Shown: positions 23,665 to 36,955, numbered from the stretch's first letter. The stretch is DNA of 64,000 nt from Vitrella brassicaformis CCMP3155 (GCA_001179505.1 CDMY01000270.1:77069-141068), one strand, 5' to 3'. Made by a program: numbers and translations. The notes: generated by a model not told the origin, from the letters alone.

Positions 23665-26600
23665 CTACCCCTCGTGCTGCTCATCATCGTCCATGGCCCC
23701 CTCAGTATCCCCCTGCGGTGCCGTCCCCAGAGCGAACCCCATCCCACCGTGGCCGGCGTACTGAGGGCTCAACGGCGCCTGCTGGGGCGCCTGGGGCTGC
23801 GGCTGCCCGTGGGCCGGTGGTCTGTAGCCAGCAGTGGTAGTGGAGATGCCCTGCTGCTGCTGCTGCTGACTGGACATCTTCATTTGCATGGCCAGCTGCT
23901 CCATGAACCTCATCTGCTGAGGTGCCAGGTTGACCTGAGGGGGGGTGCTGGTGGCCAGCTGGGAGAAGGGGCTGGCAGGGGCCTCTGGCGGCTGCTGCTG
24001 CTGCGGCTGCGGGAGGTGGTCAGGGGAGGGGGCGGCGACGCTTTGCGGGAGTGGCATCGACTGCGACAGCAACGATGGCACGCCAGGCTCCTCCTTGACC
24101 CAGGGATAGGTGCTGCCCATCTCGTGCATCGACTCCTGCTTCCTCTTGTTGCCCCACCCCCCGACCCCGTCGACACCCACACCCACACCCACACCCATGC
24201 CCAGCCCCCAGCCCCCCTGGTTGGCCTCCTGGTTGACCGTCGGGGGCGAGGAAATGGCCAGGTTGCCGCCCCGCAACACGCCCCTGTGTGCCGTCATGGC
24301 ACGCCTACGCTGGGGCGACCGCACACCGGCGACGAACTCGTGCGGCTGTGGCCCGAAGGCGGGGGAGCCGATGGTGGCGACGCCCCCACGGTTGACGAGC
24401 GGCCCGCTGCCACCGAACTCTGGTGGCATGAGGCCCTCAGCAAAGCCTGGCGGGGACGCCGGGGGGAGGGGTGAGGCGAAGAGTGGGCCCGGCTGTGGGC
24501 TGAGGCCCGCACCGAAGCCTGGCGGGGAGAGCTCTGCTTGGGGGATGGGCGATGATGGGAGGAGGGAGTGCTGTTGGTGGTCCCCTCCCCCTCCCCCTGC
24601 TCCCCCCGCCCCCCTCTGTTGGTGTGGGTTGGCCCGCTCGGCGCACCGCCGCATGTGGTCCAGGTGCAGCTGCACAGCCTCCTCCCACAAACCGCAGATA
24701 TACGCCATCTTAAACAACTGCAATCAAGCCAAACATCATCAGACACACCAACACAGCACAGAGGGAGGGAAGAAAGAACTGATGGGATGGTGCGCCTCTG
24801 CCGGACAGGCGCACGTGTGTGTGTGTGTGTGTGTGTGCTGTCTTTTCACCTGCGGCAGTGTGGCGTTTCGCATCTCCCCGTACTTGAGACCATGATCGAG
24901 CAACGTCTGATCCTGCACGCAACATCAATCAACAGACAGACCAGAGAGAGCGAGCAGCACACACTCCAAGGTGCTTCAGGAACTGGTAGCTGGAGTGCCG
25001 CCTGTCTGTCTGTCCCACCATGAAGTCCTTGTTGAGCTCGTGGAACTCCCTGAGCCTCTTGAGCAGAGCCTTCCGGCCCTCACCGCCCAACTTCAATGCT
25101 ATGCCCTCCCTGACCAACACACCCAATGCGTGCATGAGTGTGCATCTGAATGGTGCCGGCCATGCCACGTGCTCGTCATGTGTGTGTATGGTTCGGACTC
25201 GTATTCGATGGTCTCTCGTGTGGTGCCCGAGGGGCTGCGTGTGATGACCGCCGCCGGCTCACGCACCTGGCGCGTCTTGTTGCGCCGCCGCTGAGCCTGA
25301 ACCCACACACAGCATTCACACACACAGAGGTCATGTCGCTGAGACATGGAGTGGCTGGCGCACCGACCCTGAAGTGTCTCATCTCAGCATGGTGAGGGCT
25401 GAGTGGAATGTAGCCCTTGTACTCCAGATGAAGACGCACAGCCACTGGCCACAGTTCACTGAGGGAGAGAGGGAGAGATAACAGGGAACGGTGTCCAGTG
25501 CGTTTTCCTTCCGCATCATTCCCTCTCCCCCCCTCCCTACCAGTCGACCGCCAGTCTAAGCAGCTCAATGATGGGGGTGTTCTGGTGCACCCGCTTCTCG
25601 ACACCATGACGCCCTGCACACACCAGACGAGACGAGACGACACCAGCCTGCCGTCTGACTCGTTCTCGTTCTGTCTTCTCTTCTGTCTGCCTCCTTCTCA
25701 CGTGTGGCCTTGATGTAGTTCCTCAGCAGCTCCCTGCCGGCATCGCCGAGCGAGAAAGTGATGCCGTCGTGGTACTGAGGAACCTGTCAGACAAGACACC
25801 AACCAAACCGTCACATAGGCGGACAGCAGTCATGCCCCATCCCCCTGGCCTCTCTGCCCACTCACCACGCGCTGTGCGCTCAGCGGCAGGTCGTCGAGGG
25901 TCAACATCTCCAGGGGCGCCTCGACGATCGGTGGGGCCGCCATGCCCCCATTGCCGTCCGTCTCGCCGTAGACAGGGCCGCCAGCACCGCCCACAGTGGT
26001 GAGTTGGTAGTAGGAGGTCGGTGAGGGGAGTGGCTGGTATGAGACGCCCGTGTAGGGCGGGTAGAGCTGCTGCAGCTGCTGGTGGTGGTGGTAGGGCGCC
26101 TGCTGCGTCGTGGCGCTACCGGTGCCGCTGCCGTCGTTGTCGGAGTCCTGCGACGACCGGTCGTCGCTCATTATCTCGCCCCGCTCCAACTTAACCATCT
26201 GTCTTGGCAACCAACAGATCCAATCGGCACACACACACATCCCTCCCTCCCTCCCTCCCTCCATCACCTTGGTCCTGTTCTGCCCAGCTCACCGGTTGGA
26301 AGCCGTCCCTGGGGCTCCCTCCCTCGTATGGTCCCGGTATGGGCGTGTTGGGCGGGACCCTCCCCATGCCGCCATATGGCGAGTAGATTTCTGCCTTCAC
26401 GTCAGCCTCCTGCGGCACCAAGGGCACGGCGGCCGGCGGCTGTGGGTGCGAGTCGAATGACATGGTCAGTGATGGGGGCGGGGGGGCCATCGAGGCAGTG
26501 GAGCTTCGCTGCGATGCACCGCCAGGCAGGCCCACAGAACCCATGTACGCGCCCATCGGACCAAACAGCTTCCTGTCATCCTGCAAACACACATACAAGG

Positions 26601-27760
26601 CAAGGCAAGGCAAGGCAACGCAAGGCGACACGAACGACAGACACCATTGACCCAGTTGTCAACACAGACACTCGCGCACAGACATGCTCTCCCCTCCCCT
26701 CCCCCTTTTACCAGTGTGTTTTCCACGGGGAGTTTGTCAAGCAGCGCCTCTCCCGGCTCGCCGATCATGGAGAGGTCGTGGCCGCCATTCTCCCCCTCCC
26801 CCTCAGCAGCCCCCTCCGGCGGCGGCGCCGAGGAGGGTCTGGGTGGGACGGCGAATCCCTGCTCGCCCCACGAGTTGCTGGGCCGCATGTAGTCGACCAT
26901 CATGGCGCTGTCAGTGCCGATGGGCACCGGGGGGAAGTCCAGCTGGGCGGCCGAGTGCTGGTGGGTGAGGAAGAGGCACGAGGAGAGATGCGACTGGTGC
27001 CGCTGGAGCGAGGGGCGGTTGAGGGACGCCTCCAGCGAACTCGTGTTGAATAGAAGACCCGCACCAGCCGTATCCTGCACACACAGACAGACAGACAGAC
27101 AGACAGACAGAGGAGGGAGGGGTAAAACAAACACGATTTGATCAGCAGGAACCATCCAATTGTTGTTTGTCGTCCCTCCCATCCCTCCCTCAGTTCGTTC
27201 GAACCTACCTGTGACATGAGTCTCTGCAGCTTCCGGACGGGCTGCTCGATAGAGCTGTTGCGATTGAGGAACAGATCCCTTCCCCCCAGACTCAGCCCGC
27301 TCATCCCCCCAGACAGCTGTCGCACCAAAGGGTCCTCAAACATCGACACACCAGGGCCGTTGTACGCCGACGATCCCGTGGGGAACGGCCGGCCGACGTC
27401 CTCCATGTTGCTGTCGCCGCGCAACGCAGGCATGGGCCCGAGCGCGTTGCTCGCCGCCGGGCTGGGGCGTGACGGCGTCCGCTCCATCGATGGCGGGTTT
27501 GTCTCGCCGAGGAGCATGTCGTTGACATGGCCTCCTCGGTCACCCTGCTGGGCCGCCCACGCATAGCCGGCGAACGAGGATGGGTCTCGCTGCATGGAAG
27601 GGAGGGGCAGCGGGACCGATGACGGCGGTGGGGGAGGTTCCATGGGTGCGGCGGAGGACGGGGGGAGCTCCATGGAGTCGGCCTCTGCCAGCTGGACGTG
27701 TTGGGCGTACTCGAAGGGGAGCTTGCTGTCAGCGCGTGAGGGGCTGCTGGGGTGCGCCAT
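23665..27760 (-). CDS. Putative transcription regulator: P/S/G/Q-rich disordered protein with two tandem copies of an unrecognised ~60-70 aa domain
   Basis: Exons join in phase through canonical introns. The central part gives two alignable repeats (GIxxxLGxxGR..LL..; NxxxxxLxxxAxxCxLWxxAVxLHL) separated by a basic linker (QRRRNKTR). The regulator call is inferred from architecture only, and the start is approximate. Confidence 0.7.
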
Positions 27761-28103
27761 GATGATAATACAATCGACTCGTGGGACACGCAGCCGACCA
27801 CTCACTCAGTAACACCCAGTACCCTCCTGAGGAACACACGAAGCACAACAAACAGAAGGGACGGGCAGGAAATGTCATAGCGAAACAAGGACAGGCAGCC
27901 GCCTTCTCCTCCCACCTGAATCTTCCTTCCACGTGGCTGTGCTGTGTGTGTCTGCAGCTCAATCAGACGGTCACCCCCGCCGCTTGTTCGCGCCAGGCCA
28001 CTGCTCTTCAGGAATTCGGCGATTCATCAAGCAGGCGCTGCTCTCCCTGCTGCTGCCTGCCCTGATGGGAAAACGGAAACGCGCATCTTTTCTCTTTTCT
28101 TTA

Positions 28104-28111
28104 AGCTCGCA
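28104..28111 (-). promoter_or_regulatory. TGCGAGCT (putative TF/MAK interval)
   Basis: AGCTCGCA on the + strand, with a 1-mismatch copy GGCTCGCA 16 nt downstream. Confidence 0.5.
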
Positions 28112-28562
28112 TATTCTGCGGCTCGCAGGGTTCTTCTTCGTCGAGATTCCTACACCGCTCTGGGAGGCTGCTGCGGAGCCCATTACACTACCATTACATG
28201 TAGGTTGGCGCGCTGGGCGCCGCATGCAGCTTCTCAGTCTCTCGAATCACGCGGCACAAAGGATCAGTGGAGGCGAGGGGGTCTTCACGTGGCTGTAGTG
28301 ACTGCTGGTGGCGGATAGAGGGTCTCGGCATCACCAGCTGTCATTTGAGATGGCATTTCTCCTGCGCCCCCGCCGCTGGGACTCATAGCAGAGCCGACAG
28401 GAGTCGCTCGGGAGGCCGCCGGACAAGCCGCTGCAGTGTAGGCTCCTCGGGTCGGGGCGCTGACTGACTTTGTCCCACAGTTTGTCTGTGGGCCAGGCCA
28501 GGTTTCGGTCCGCGGTGAATAGTCTCTAACTGGTGCGTCGTTCGGGTCGTTTGGGTGTGGCG

Positions 28563-28808
28563 ATGATTCGTTACAAGATAACCAAGGTGGTGGGTGACGG
28601 CACCTATGGGTCCGTCATGAAGGCCATCAACAAGCAGAACGGGGAAGTGGTACGAGAGAGAGACCCAATGGAGGGATGGATGGATGGATGGGAGAGGTCT
28701 GCATCTTATGATGTGTTGTGTTGTGTTGTGTGTTTAGGTAGCGATCAAGAAGATGAAGAAGAAGTACTACAGCTGGGAGGAGTGTATGCAGCTCAGGGAG
28801 GTCAAGGT

Positions 28809-28842
<34 letters not shown>

Positions 28843-29128
28843 ATGGATTGATGGGTCTTTCCATTCCATATGTGCGTCAGTCGTTGCGGAAGTTGGTCCA
28901 CCCGAATGTGGTGAAGCTCAAGGAGGTGATTCGCGAGAACGACGAGCTGCACTTCGTCTTCGAGTACATGGAGGTCAACCTCTACCAGCTGATGAAGGAC
29001 AGGGTCAAAATGTTCCCCGAACAAAAAATCAGAAACATCATGTAAGGAGGAGGAGGGGGAGGAGGGGGAAGCTGCTGCTGGGCTTCCTGCTCTCCCTACT
29101 TGCTGATGCGATGCGATCTGATACATCC

Positions 29129-29160
<32 letters not shown>

Positions 29161-29855
29161 GTATCAGTCCCTCCAGGCGTTGGCCTACATGCACAAGCAC
29201 GGCTACTTCCACGTGAGCATGGCAACAATACGACACATAACATACGGCGGCATATTGCTTCCTTCCCTCCCGTCATGTCTGTCCTATATGTTTCAGCGTG
29301 ACGTGAAGCCCGAGAATCTGTTGGTGACCAAGGAGACGGTCAAGCTGGCCGACTTCGGCCTCGCCCGCGAGATCAGGTCCAGGCCGCCCTACACCGACTA
29401 CGTCTCCACACGATGGTGCGCTGCTGCTGCCTCCCTCTGCACTGCACGAGGCACACTTGAGCATCTCATCTGCGTGTGTGCTGCTGTGTGTGGCATGGAC
29501 AGGTATCGCGCTCCGGAGGTGTTGCTGCGGTCGCCAAATTACAACTCGCCCATCGACCTGTGGGCAGCTGGTGTGCACACACACACGCGCCACACACCAC
29601 ACGCACACAAAGAGGCAGGCAGCTGATTCGACTGACTGAGGGAGAAACAAACCACATTCAATTCTGCGTGGGGGTGGGTGTGGTGTGGTTCATTCAGGTG
29701 CGATAATGGCTGAGTTGTATTTGCTGCGGCCGCTGTTCCCTGGGTCGTCAGAGGCCGATGAGATATACAAGATATGCTCGGTGCTCGGTAGGCCGGAAGG
29801 CAGCCACGGCACGGCAGGACCCAATGTGTACGTGTGTGTAAGTGGAAGTGTGTTT

Positions 29856-29890
<35 letters not shown>

Positions 29891-32432
29891 AAGGCACGCC
29901 CACTAGCAAGGACTGGGAGGATGGGCAGAGGCTGGCCGGGGCGATAGGATTCAGATTCCCACAGGTCGGTCACACAGGATGCAATGCAGACACATGGCAC
30001 GTCACACAGGCCACCCACACACGCACACACACACTCACTCTTGGTCTCTTCTCTCTGCGTCTTGTGTGTGTTGTGCATCCATTGTGTGTGTGCAGTTTGT
30101 GCCGACCCCTTTGCATCAGATCATCACCAACGCCTCCCATGACGCCATCGATCTCATGAACAGACTCTTCACCTACGACCCACAAAAGAGGTCAACCACG
30201 CACACACATGCACACACATGCACACACATACACACACATACACACACATACACACGCGCACCCGGCCATCCACTCAACGCCATAACCATGCTCTCTCTGT
30301 GTGTGTGTGCCTGTGTGCAGGATAACGGCGGTCGAGGCGATCCGGCACCCGTACTTCTCCACCCACATCCCTCCCCAGCGCACCCTGCCCGACCAACACC
30401 ACGTGCGGGACCACTCCCGTGACTATGGTGGTGCGGTCCACCACCCGCAGCCCCAGCAGGGCGGCGGGGCGGGGGTGCCACCACACGGCATATCGCCGCC
30501 AGTCGCACTGGAGAGGGACAGGGACAGGGAGAGGGAGAAGCCGGAGAGGCCACACCCAGAGATGAAGGGTACGCGTGTGGGCGGGGGAGAACGAAACACT
30601 CAACCATCCCGTGTGTGTGTGATGGTCTGTCTGTCTCTTCATTCAGGTCCGTATGGCAGCAAGATAGCCCGCCCCCAGGTCACCTCCTCCAACTCCCCGC
30701 CCCCCCTAGCCATAGACCTCAACAGGCAGAACTCCTCCCAGCTCAACTTCCCCCCCATCGCCCGCAGACTCTCCGTCGAGCGCAAGCCCAAAGACCTCCT
30801 GCTGCAGCAGCACCACCAGCACGCCTCAATCGGTGCGTCGGAGGGGATCGGGAGCGTGGGGGTGCCGTCTGCGGCGCCGTCGGCTGCCTCGGCGCCCGCA
30901 CCGGTGATGAGCACGGGGCAGGTGGGAGGGATTCCTGGGGGTGGCAAATACGCACGGTCCGTGCAGCCGCCCCAGCCCACTCAGGTAGGGTAAGCCAGCC
31001 ATGTGGCGAGGCCAAGGGAGATGGATGGGAGGATCTGATTGCATTGTGTTGTGTCCCTCCTGTTGGTTGTGCCATGTGGGCAGGTGTCTGGGGGCATGTT
31101 TCCCTCGATAGGCGACCGTGTCGGCCGCGACAGTCCACACAAGTTCTTGAGGCAACGCAGCCAAGAGCGTACGCCACGCCGGCCACAACACAACACCTCC
31201 CCCACCACACACACACACACACACAGAAGAACCAGCACACACGCATCTCATCTCAATTCCATTCTCTCGTCTGTCTGCTGTGCATGTCAGTTCGCGGGCT
31301 TCAGCAGCCCCTGCCGACGTTCGGGTCAGCAGCGGTCAGGGAAGATTCCATCGGCGCTGCTGGAGGATCGCGGTAGGTACAGACGCACACAAGATTGGCA
31401 CAGACACATGCCCCACCTGACTTACTTGGTCGTTCGTTGGTTGGTTCGTCCGTCACCTATCTATGTCAGCTATGCGCGCATGGCCCGTTACCAGCCCCCC
31501 ATGGCGTACCACGTCCCCAGCCCCCCCAGACAGCACCAGCAGCAGCCCGCTGCCCCCGCATCCATCTCACCCCCACCAGCAGCGACCAGGCAACACCCAC
31601 ACCCTCACCCGCCACAGCAACCGGCAGCAGCAGCGGCATCAGCGGCATCATTCCCCATGCCTCCGCTGCACATCGGTCTGGGCGGGGAGGGCTTCAGGGC
31701 CGGAGCAGCAGGGGCAGGAGGGTGGGATCGGCCGTATGGTGGCGAGAGAGGTTCGTTGGGCGGGGGCAGGCTGCCCCTGCCCACCTTTGGGGCTCCTGGT
31801 GCTGGTAGTGGTGGTGCTGGTGGTGGTGCCGGAGGTAGTGGGGGTGGAGGCGGCAGCCCACCGCCCATATTGCCACGGGCGTCTGGCCTCGGGTAAGTGG
31901 GTGGGTGGGTGGGTGGGAGGGAGGGAGGGCACNNNNNNNNNNNNNNNNNNNNNNNNNNNNNNNNNNNNNNNNNNNNNNNNNNNNNNNNNNNNNNNNNNNN
32001 NNNNNNNNNNNNNNNNNNNNNNNNNNNNNNNNNNNNNNNNNNNNNNNNNNNNNNNNNNNNNNNNNNNNNNNNNNNNNNNNNNNNNNNNNNNNNNNNNNNN
32101 NNNNNNNNNNNNNNNNNNNNNNNNNNNNNNNNNNNNNNNNNNNNNNNNNNNNNNNNNNNNNNNNNNNNNNNNNNNNNNNNNNNNNNNNNNNNNNNNNNNN
32201 NNNNNNNNNNNNNNNNNNNNNNNNNNNNNNNNGGGTAAGTGGGTGGGTGGGTGGGTGGGAGGGAGGGAGGGCACCGCAGACAGCACATATACACCGAGGG
32301 AGAGAGTACCACATGGATTGGATTGACGGAGGGAGGGATAATCGGGTGGTCTGTGGTCTGTGTGTGTGCTTGGTTCATTCATTCAGGTCCAACAGCCGCT
32401 CGAACGCGGCTCGGATGATGGGATTCAGCTGA
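28563..32432 (+). CDS. MAK/ICK (RCK family) Ser/Thr protein kinase with P/G/Q-rich tail; multi-exon
   Basis: Spliced product [103 protein letters not shown], with the TDY activation motif of the MAK/ICK group. Confidence 0.95.
31933..32232. other. Scaffold gap (300 N) with duplicated flanks
   Basis: N run; 31891-31932 is identical to 32233-32274. Confidence 1.
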
Positions 32433-32675
32433 GGATGGCGGTGGGCTGTCGGCCTGTCTGTCGGCCTGGGTCTGCTAGGGAGGACGATAGCGACAGACAG
32501 ACAGACAGAGATAGATGAGATGAGGGAGAGTAGCTGGTTGGCTCACTTGGATTCGCTGCATTGCATCGGTGCTGCTGTGTTTTGCCGGTGGGGTGGGTGG
32601 TGCCATCTGATCGATGTCTGTCTGTCTGCTTCCACTCCATTCTAGTATTGTGTATATCGAGCCATGGCTCGCTCC

Positions 32676-32708
<33 letters not shown>

Positions 32709-33114
32709 TTATGAGGAGAGGTGTGTGTGTGTGTGTTGTGTCTGTCTGTGTCCTTGTGTATGTGTGTGTATAGCCCGACTCGCCCGCCCCACACCCCCCA
32801 CCCGCCATTGAACGAATGTTTGCGAGCAGCTGTGATGATTGACACATTCACGTGTTGATGGATTGAAACACATCTCTCTCTCGCAACCTTTGTCTGGCTG
32901 TCACAAACACGCCACGCCTGACCAGACAGGCAGACACACAGACACAGACAGCCAGCATTTCGCTGGTTCGCCATCTCATCAATCAGACACCGATGGCCAC
33001 GATACTCTACACCCAATCACTGCAAGGTCTCCCTCCCTCGCGCCCCGCCCCTCCCCTCCCTCGCGCCCCTCCCTGTCCCTCAGGGTCTACCTGCCTGCCT
33101 GCCCCTTAATAAAT

Positions 33115-33965
33115 TCACTCATCTGTGCCGCCACCCGGCCCCTCATCCCCATGGCTGGAGGGAATGTGGACAAACTTGACCTGTGGCGGGCTGTTGACCC
33201 CCGGCTTCCTCTCGGGAAGGGGTGCGGCTGCGCTGAGTCTTTTCTGCGCCATGTGGTCGGCCTCCCTTTGTTTGTCTTGTGGTGACTTGCCGGGTCGTGG
33301 GCTGGTGAATCCCTTGGGGTTGTACATCGAGTGGCTCGGCCGCCGGTAGACCGTGTCCTCCCAACCGCACAGGCTGCCCAAACCGCGACGCTCCAACGCT
33401 TTCTGATCCGACAGACAGACAACGGAGGGAGGGATATATGGGGGGACAAGACAGACACGGACAGACAAGACACACACAATGTCAGATAGATCGATGGATG
33501 GATGGCCGTCATTGTGTTGTCTGTCTGTCTGTCTGTCTGTCTTGTCAAGTCCTGACCGTGGCGCATTGCTTGTAAATGTCGTAGTCCTTCTGGCAGCTCT
33601 TTTCTGAGATGTCGCCTCGTAGGAAGTGGTGCCTGTACCAGTGGTTGAAGCACTGGTCGTACTTGAACTTCTCCTCACGACAGGCATAAAGCTGATCAAC
33701 ACACAGGACACAACACACAGCACACAGGGGCACATCCATAGCACACTGCTCTGGTCCTTTCTTGTCTTCCTTGGCTCACCACGAGGTCGGCCATGGTGGA
33801 AAGGTTGACTTGGTAGGTGTCCTCCGGCTTCTGCCCCTTTTCCTTCATCTCGGGCGACCATTGCCTGGCGTGGAACTGAGTCACCACCGTGTCCGGCCCG
33901 TTGTACTCGAAGTACGCCGGGATGAACTTGGTGCTCGTCATCGTCGGACGAGAATCTACCGACAT
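33115..33965 (-). CDS. TRIAP1/Mdm35-like twin-CX9C mitochondrial intermembrane-space protein with N- and C-terminal extensions; 3 exons
   Basis: Spliced LYACREEKFKYDQCFNHWYRHHFLRGDISEKSCQKDYDIYKQCATKALERRGL matches the Mdm35 pattern C...K..YD.CFN.W....FL.G....C......Y..C..KAL...GI. Confidence 0.8.
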
Positions 33966-34201
33966 CTTGACTGACAACAACACGCACGCCTCACACAATT
34001 CAACCCTGTCGTGTCGCGGTTCCTTGAGAAAGCGGGTGGGCGAGCTAATGTGCGATCGCGGGAACGCAACGGAAGCGAAGAAGGGGAAAGCGGCTCGGAT
34101 AGCATCTATCGCAATGGGGCGGCTGTGTTGGTGAGCGAGAGCGGCCAAGATCTGCGGCCTTAGGTGGCGGCTGCGGTCAGTCGGCCCAGCACAGCGCTGC
34201 G

Positions 34202-35064
34202 ATGAAGAAGGCGCTCCGATTCGCTTTGCTGCTGGTGATCCCCGTTGCGTCGGTGCTCCTGGGCGCCAGCCTGTCGTACTCGTACATCGCCGTGGGCGTC
34301 TCGGTCATCGCCATCCTCATAGACCCCCTGCGAGTCGAGAGCAAGGCGCTGCCCTTCTTCGTCTACCTCCTGCTGGTCTCGGCCATCCAGCTTGGCTTCC
34401 TCCTCCTATACATGAACCCTATCACTGGAGGCACCTCGACTAGCGACGGCTCACCCACACCAGCACCCTTCAGCCAGCGGCTGATGAAGCTAAGGGCGAG
34501 GAGGGAGAAGCTGCCGCCGGTCAAGGTGGTAGATCAGCAGCAGAAGCAGAAACAGCAAAACAAACAGGGTGGTGATGTCAGTGCGGCCAAGGGAGGGCAG
34601 ATGGCTAAGCTGCGGATGGTGTCGCCGGAGCGGTTTGAGAACAGCACCGACATGGTCCACGACCTGCGGATGGTGTCGGTCATCCTGGCGGCACACAACG
34701 AGCAGCAGTACTGCGAGAGGACGCTGGCGTCAATCTATGACGCCACACCACCTGACATACTCAAGGAGATCATCATTGTGGTAAGTAAGGTAACAACAGG
34801 CAGTCGATGCGCTTTGGCTGTATTGTATGCGTGTGGTGTGGCTGGTGTGTGTTGTGTTAAGGATGACGGCAGCGACCCGCCGATGTCGACTGCCTACAAT
34901 CACACGCGTTTCCCCAATGTCAAGATCATCCGCAACGAGGAGAGGGAGGGACTCATCCGGTCAAAACTCATCGGAGGCGATGCAGCAGAGGTAGGTATCA
35001 CACCCTACCCTACCATCGCCATAGCATACACAAGCACCAGCACAAGACGCAGGCGAGACACCTC

Positions 35065-35095
<31 letters not shown>

Positions 35096-36955
35096 CCCCT
35101 CTGCGCATGGCTTCCTTCAGGGCGACCTGATAGTGTTTCTCGACGCCCACGTGAAGCCCGACCCCGGGTGGACGGCGCCCCTGATCCGGCACACCAACAC
35201 CAACTACAAGAGGGTGGTGGTGCCGCTGATCCCCATCCTCAACGGCGAGACCTGGGAGATCAACCGGGCGGCGGTGGGTGTCAAGATGATGTTCGACTGG
35301 ACGCTGCAGTTCCAGTGGTTCGAGGACCACAACGACCTGGTGCCCTGCATGAGCGGGGGGCTGCTGGCGATGACCAAGCGGTGGTGGGAGGAGAGCGGCA
35401 AGCTCGATGACGGCATGTATGAGTGGGGCGGGGAGAACATAGAGCAGTCCATACGGATCTGGCTCTGCGGGGGCGAGATCTATGTCGCAAGGGACTCCAT
35501 CGTCGGGCACGTCTTCAGGGAAAAGTTCCCTTATAAGGTCAGAGAGAGAGAGAGAGAGTTAGTGAGTGAGTGCGCCGCATGAGATGACGGCCTCTCTCTC
35601 TTTGTGATATTCTTGTTATTGTTCCTGTCGGTCGTGTGGTGTGCAGATTGACAACGAGAAGATCATGGTCAACAAGGCCCGAGCAGTGGAGGTGTGGTGG
35701 GACGAGTACAAGGAAAAGTGAGTAGGCAGAAAGAGACAGCACAGCTCGGACACGACCTGATTCGTAAAAGAATCCCGCACTCTGTGTGTCCGTGCCGTGT
35801 GTGGTCCTCCCGTGCAGGTTCTACCAGCACTATCCGTCAGGTCGCAAGTTCAAGGACCGCATGGGCAACACCACCGAAAGGGAGACTATCAAGGAGCGGC
35901 TCAACTGCAAACCATTCAGCTGGTGAGGATTCACGGCATCCCCTCTGGACTCCCCCCCTCCCTCACACACGCAAGGCAAGTCTCTCGTGTGATTGTGTTA
36001 TGTGCAGGTATGTCGAGAAGTTCCACGACGTGTTTGTGGATCGCGGTATGCTGCCGATGAACACGTTCCTCATCCAGAAGGCCGGCACCGACCAGTGCCT
36101 CATCCCCAGCCAGCACGTCCTCAACCAGCGGAACCCCCCGCTCAGCAGAGACAGACTCGCTTACACCACCTGTGACAAAGAAAGCAAAGCGCAGAGGTCA
36201 GTGAGTGAGTGATCACCTGCAGAGACCGACGCACACGACACCACACGTATCTCATTATGTGTGTGTGTGAGTGGTTGCAGGTTTCAGTGGCGCAACCAGG
36301 GTAGGACGTTGCAGAATGTTGAGAGCAAGAAGTGCTTCGACGCGGCCAACCCGCCCAGCGAGGGCCACGAGACCATCCTCTTCCTCTGCGAAGGCACCAA
36401 CCACAACCAGGTAGGTACACACAACCAAACGCACCCACGCTGAATGACACTGACAGATCTGATCAGATCAGCACAGCGCATCTCTCTCTCTGTATGTGTC
36501 TGTGTGTGTGTGTGTGTGCAGGTGTGGGAGCACACCAACGGGCGGCTCACCCACTCGTCCTTCTGCGCAGGCACCAAGAGTACGCACCGCATGACGACTG
36601 TCTGTCTGTATGTATGTGTGCGCACGGCGCATGTGGTGACATATTGTGTGTGTGTGTGCGTCCCGTCCTTCTGCAGACGACCAGTTGACGCTCCACTTGT
36701 GGCACTGCAGCGACAAGCCCGCCGAGGAGGGACAGCTCTTCAAATTCGTCGATTACAAGGCCGAATTCCAGTACGCAACCAACAGAGACAGACGCACAGC
36801 CACACACCCACAGCCACTCAAGCGCACACCCACACATTGGCACTCGTGCGCGTGTGTGTGTGGTTTGTGTCAGGAATGTGCCCAAGAAGAAGAAAAAAGA
36901 TAAAGACAAGGACAAGGACAAAGACAAAGACAAGGAAAAGGACAAACGGCAGTAG
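34202..36955 (+). CDS. Polypeptide N-acetylgalactosaminyltransferase (GT27) with ricin-type lectin domain; multi-exon
   Basis: Motifs VSVILAAHNE, EIIIVDDGS, REGLIRS, IVFLDAH (DxH), MSGGLLAM, WGGENIEQSIRIWLCGG, VGHVFR and LNCKPFSW. The lectin part reads KCFDAAN..LFLCEGTNHNQVW. The protein ends PKKKKKDKDKDKDKDKDKEKDKRQ*. Confidence 0.95.

Noticed and set aside
32790-32900. TGATGA box-C-like word in the MAK/TRIAP1 convergent interval as a possible snoRNA
   Set aside because: No properly placed CTGA box D or terminal stem, and no identifiable rRNA complementarity.
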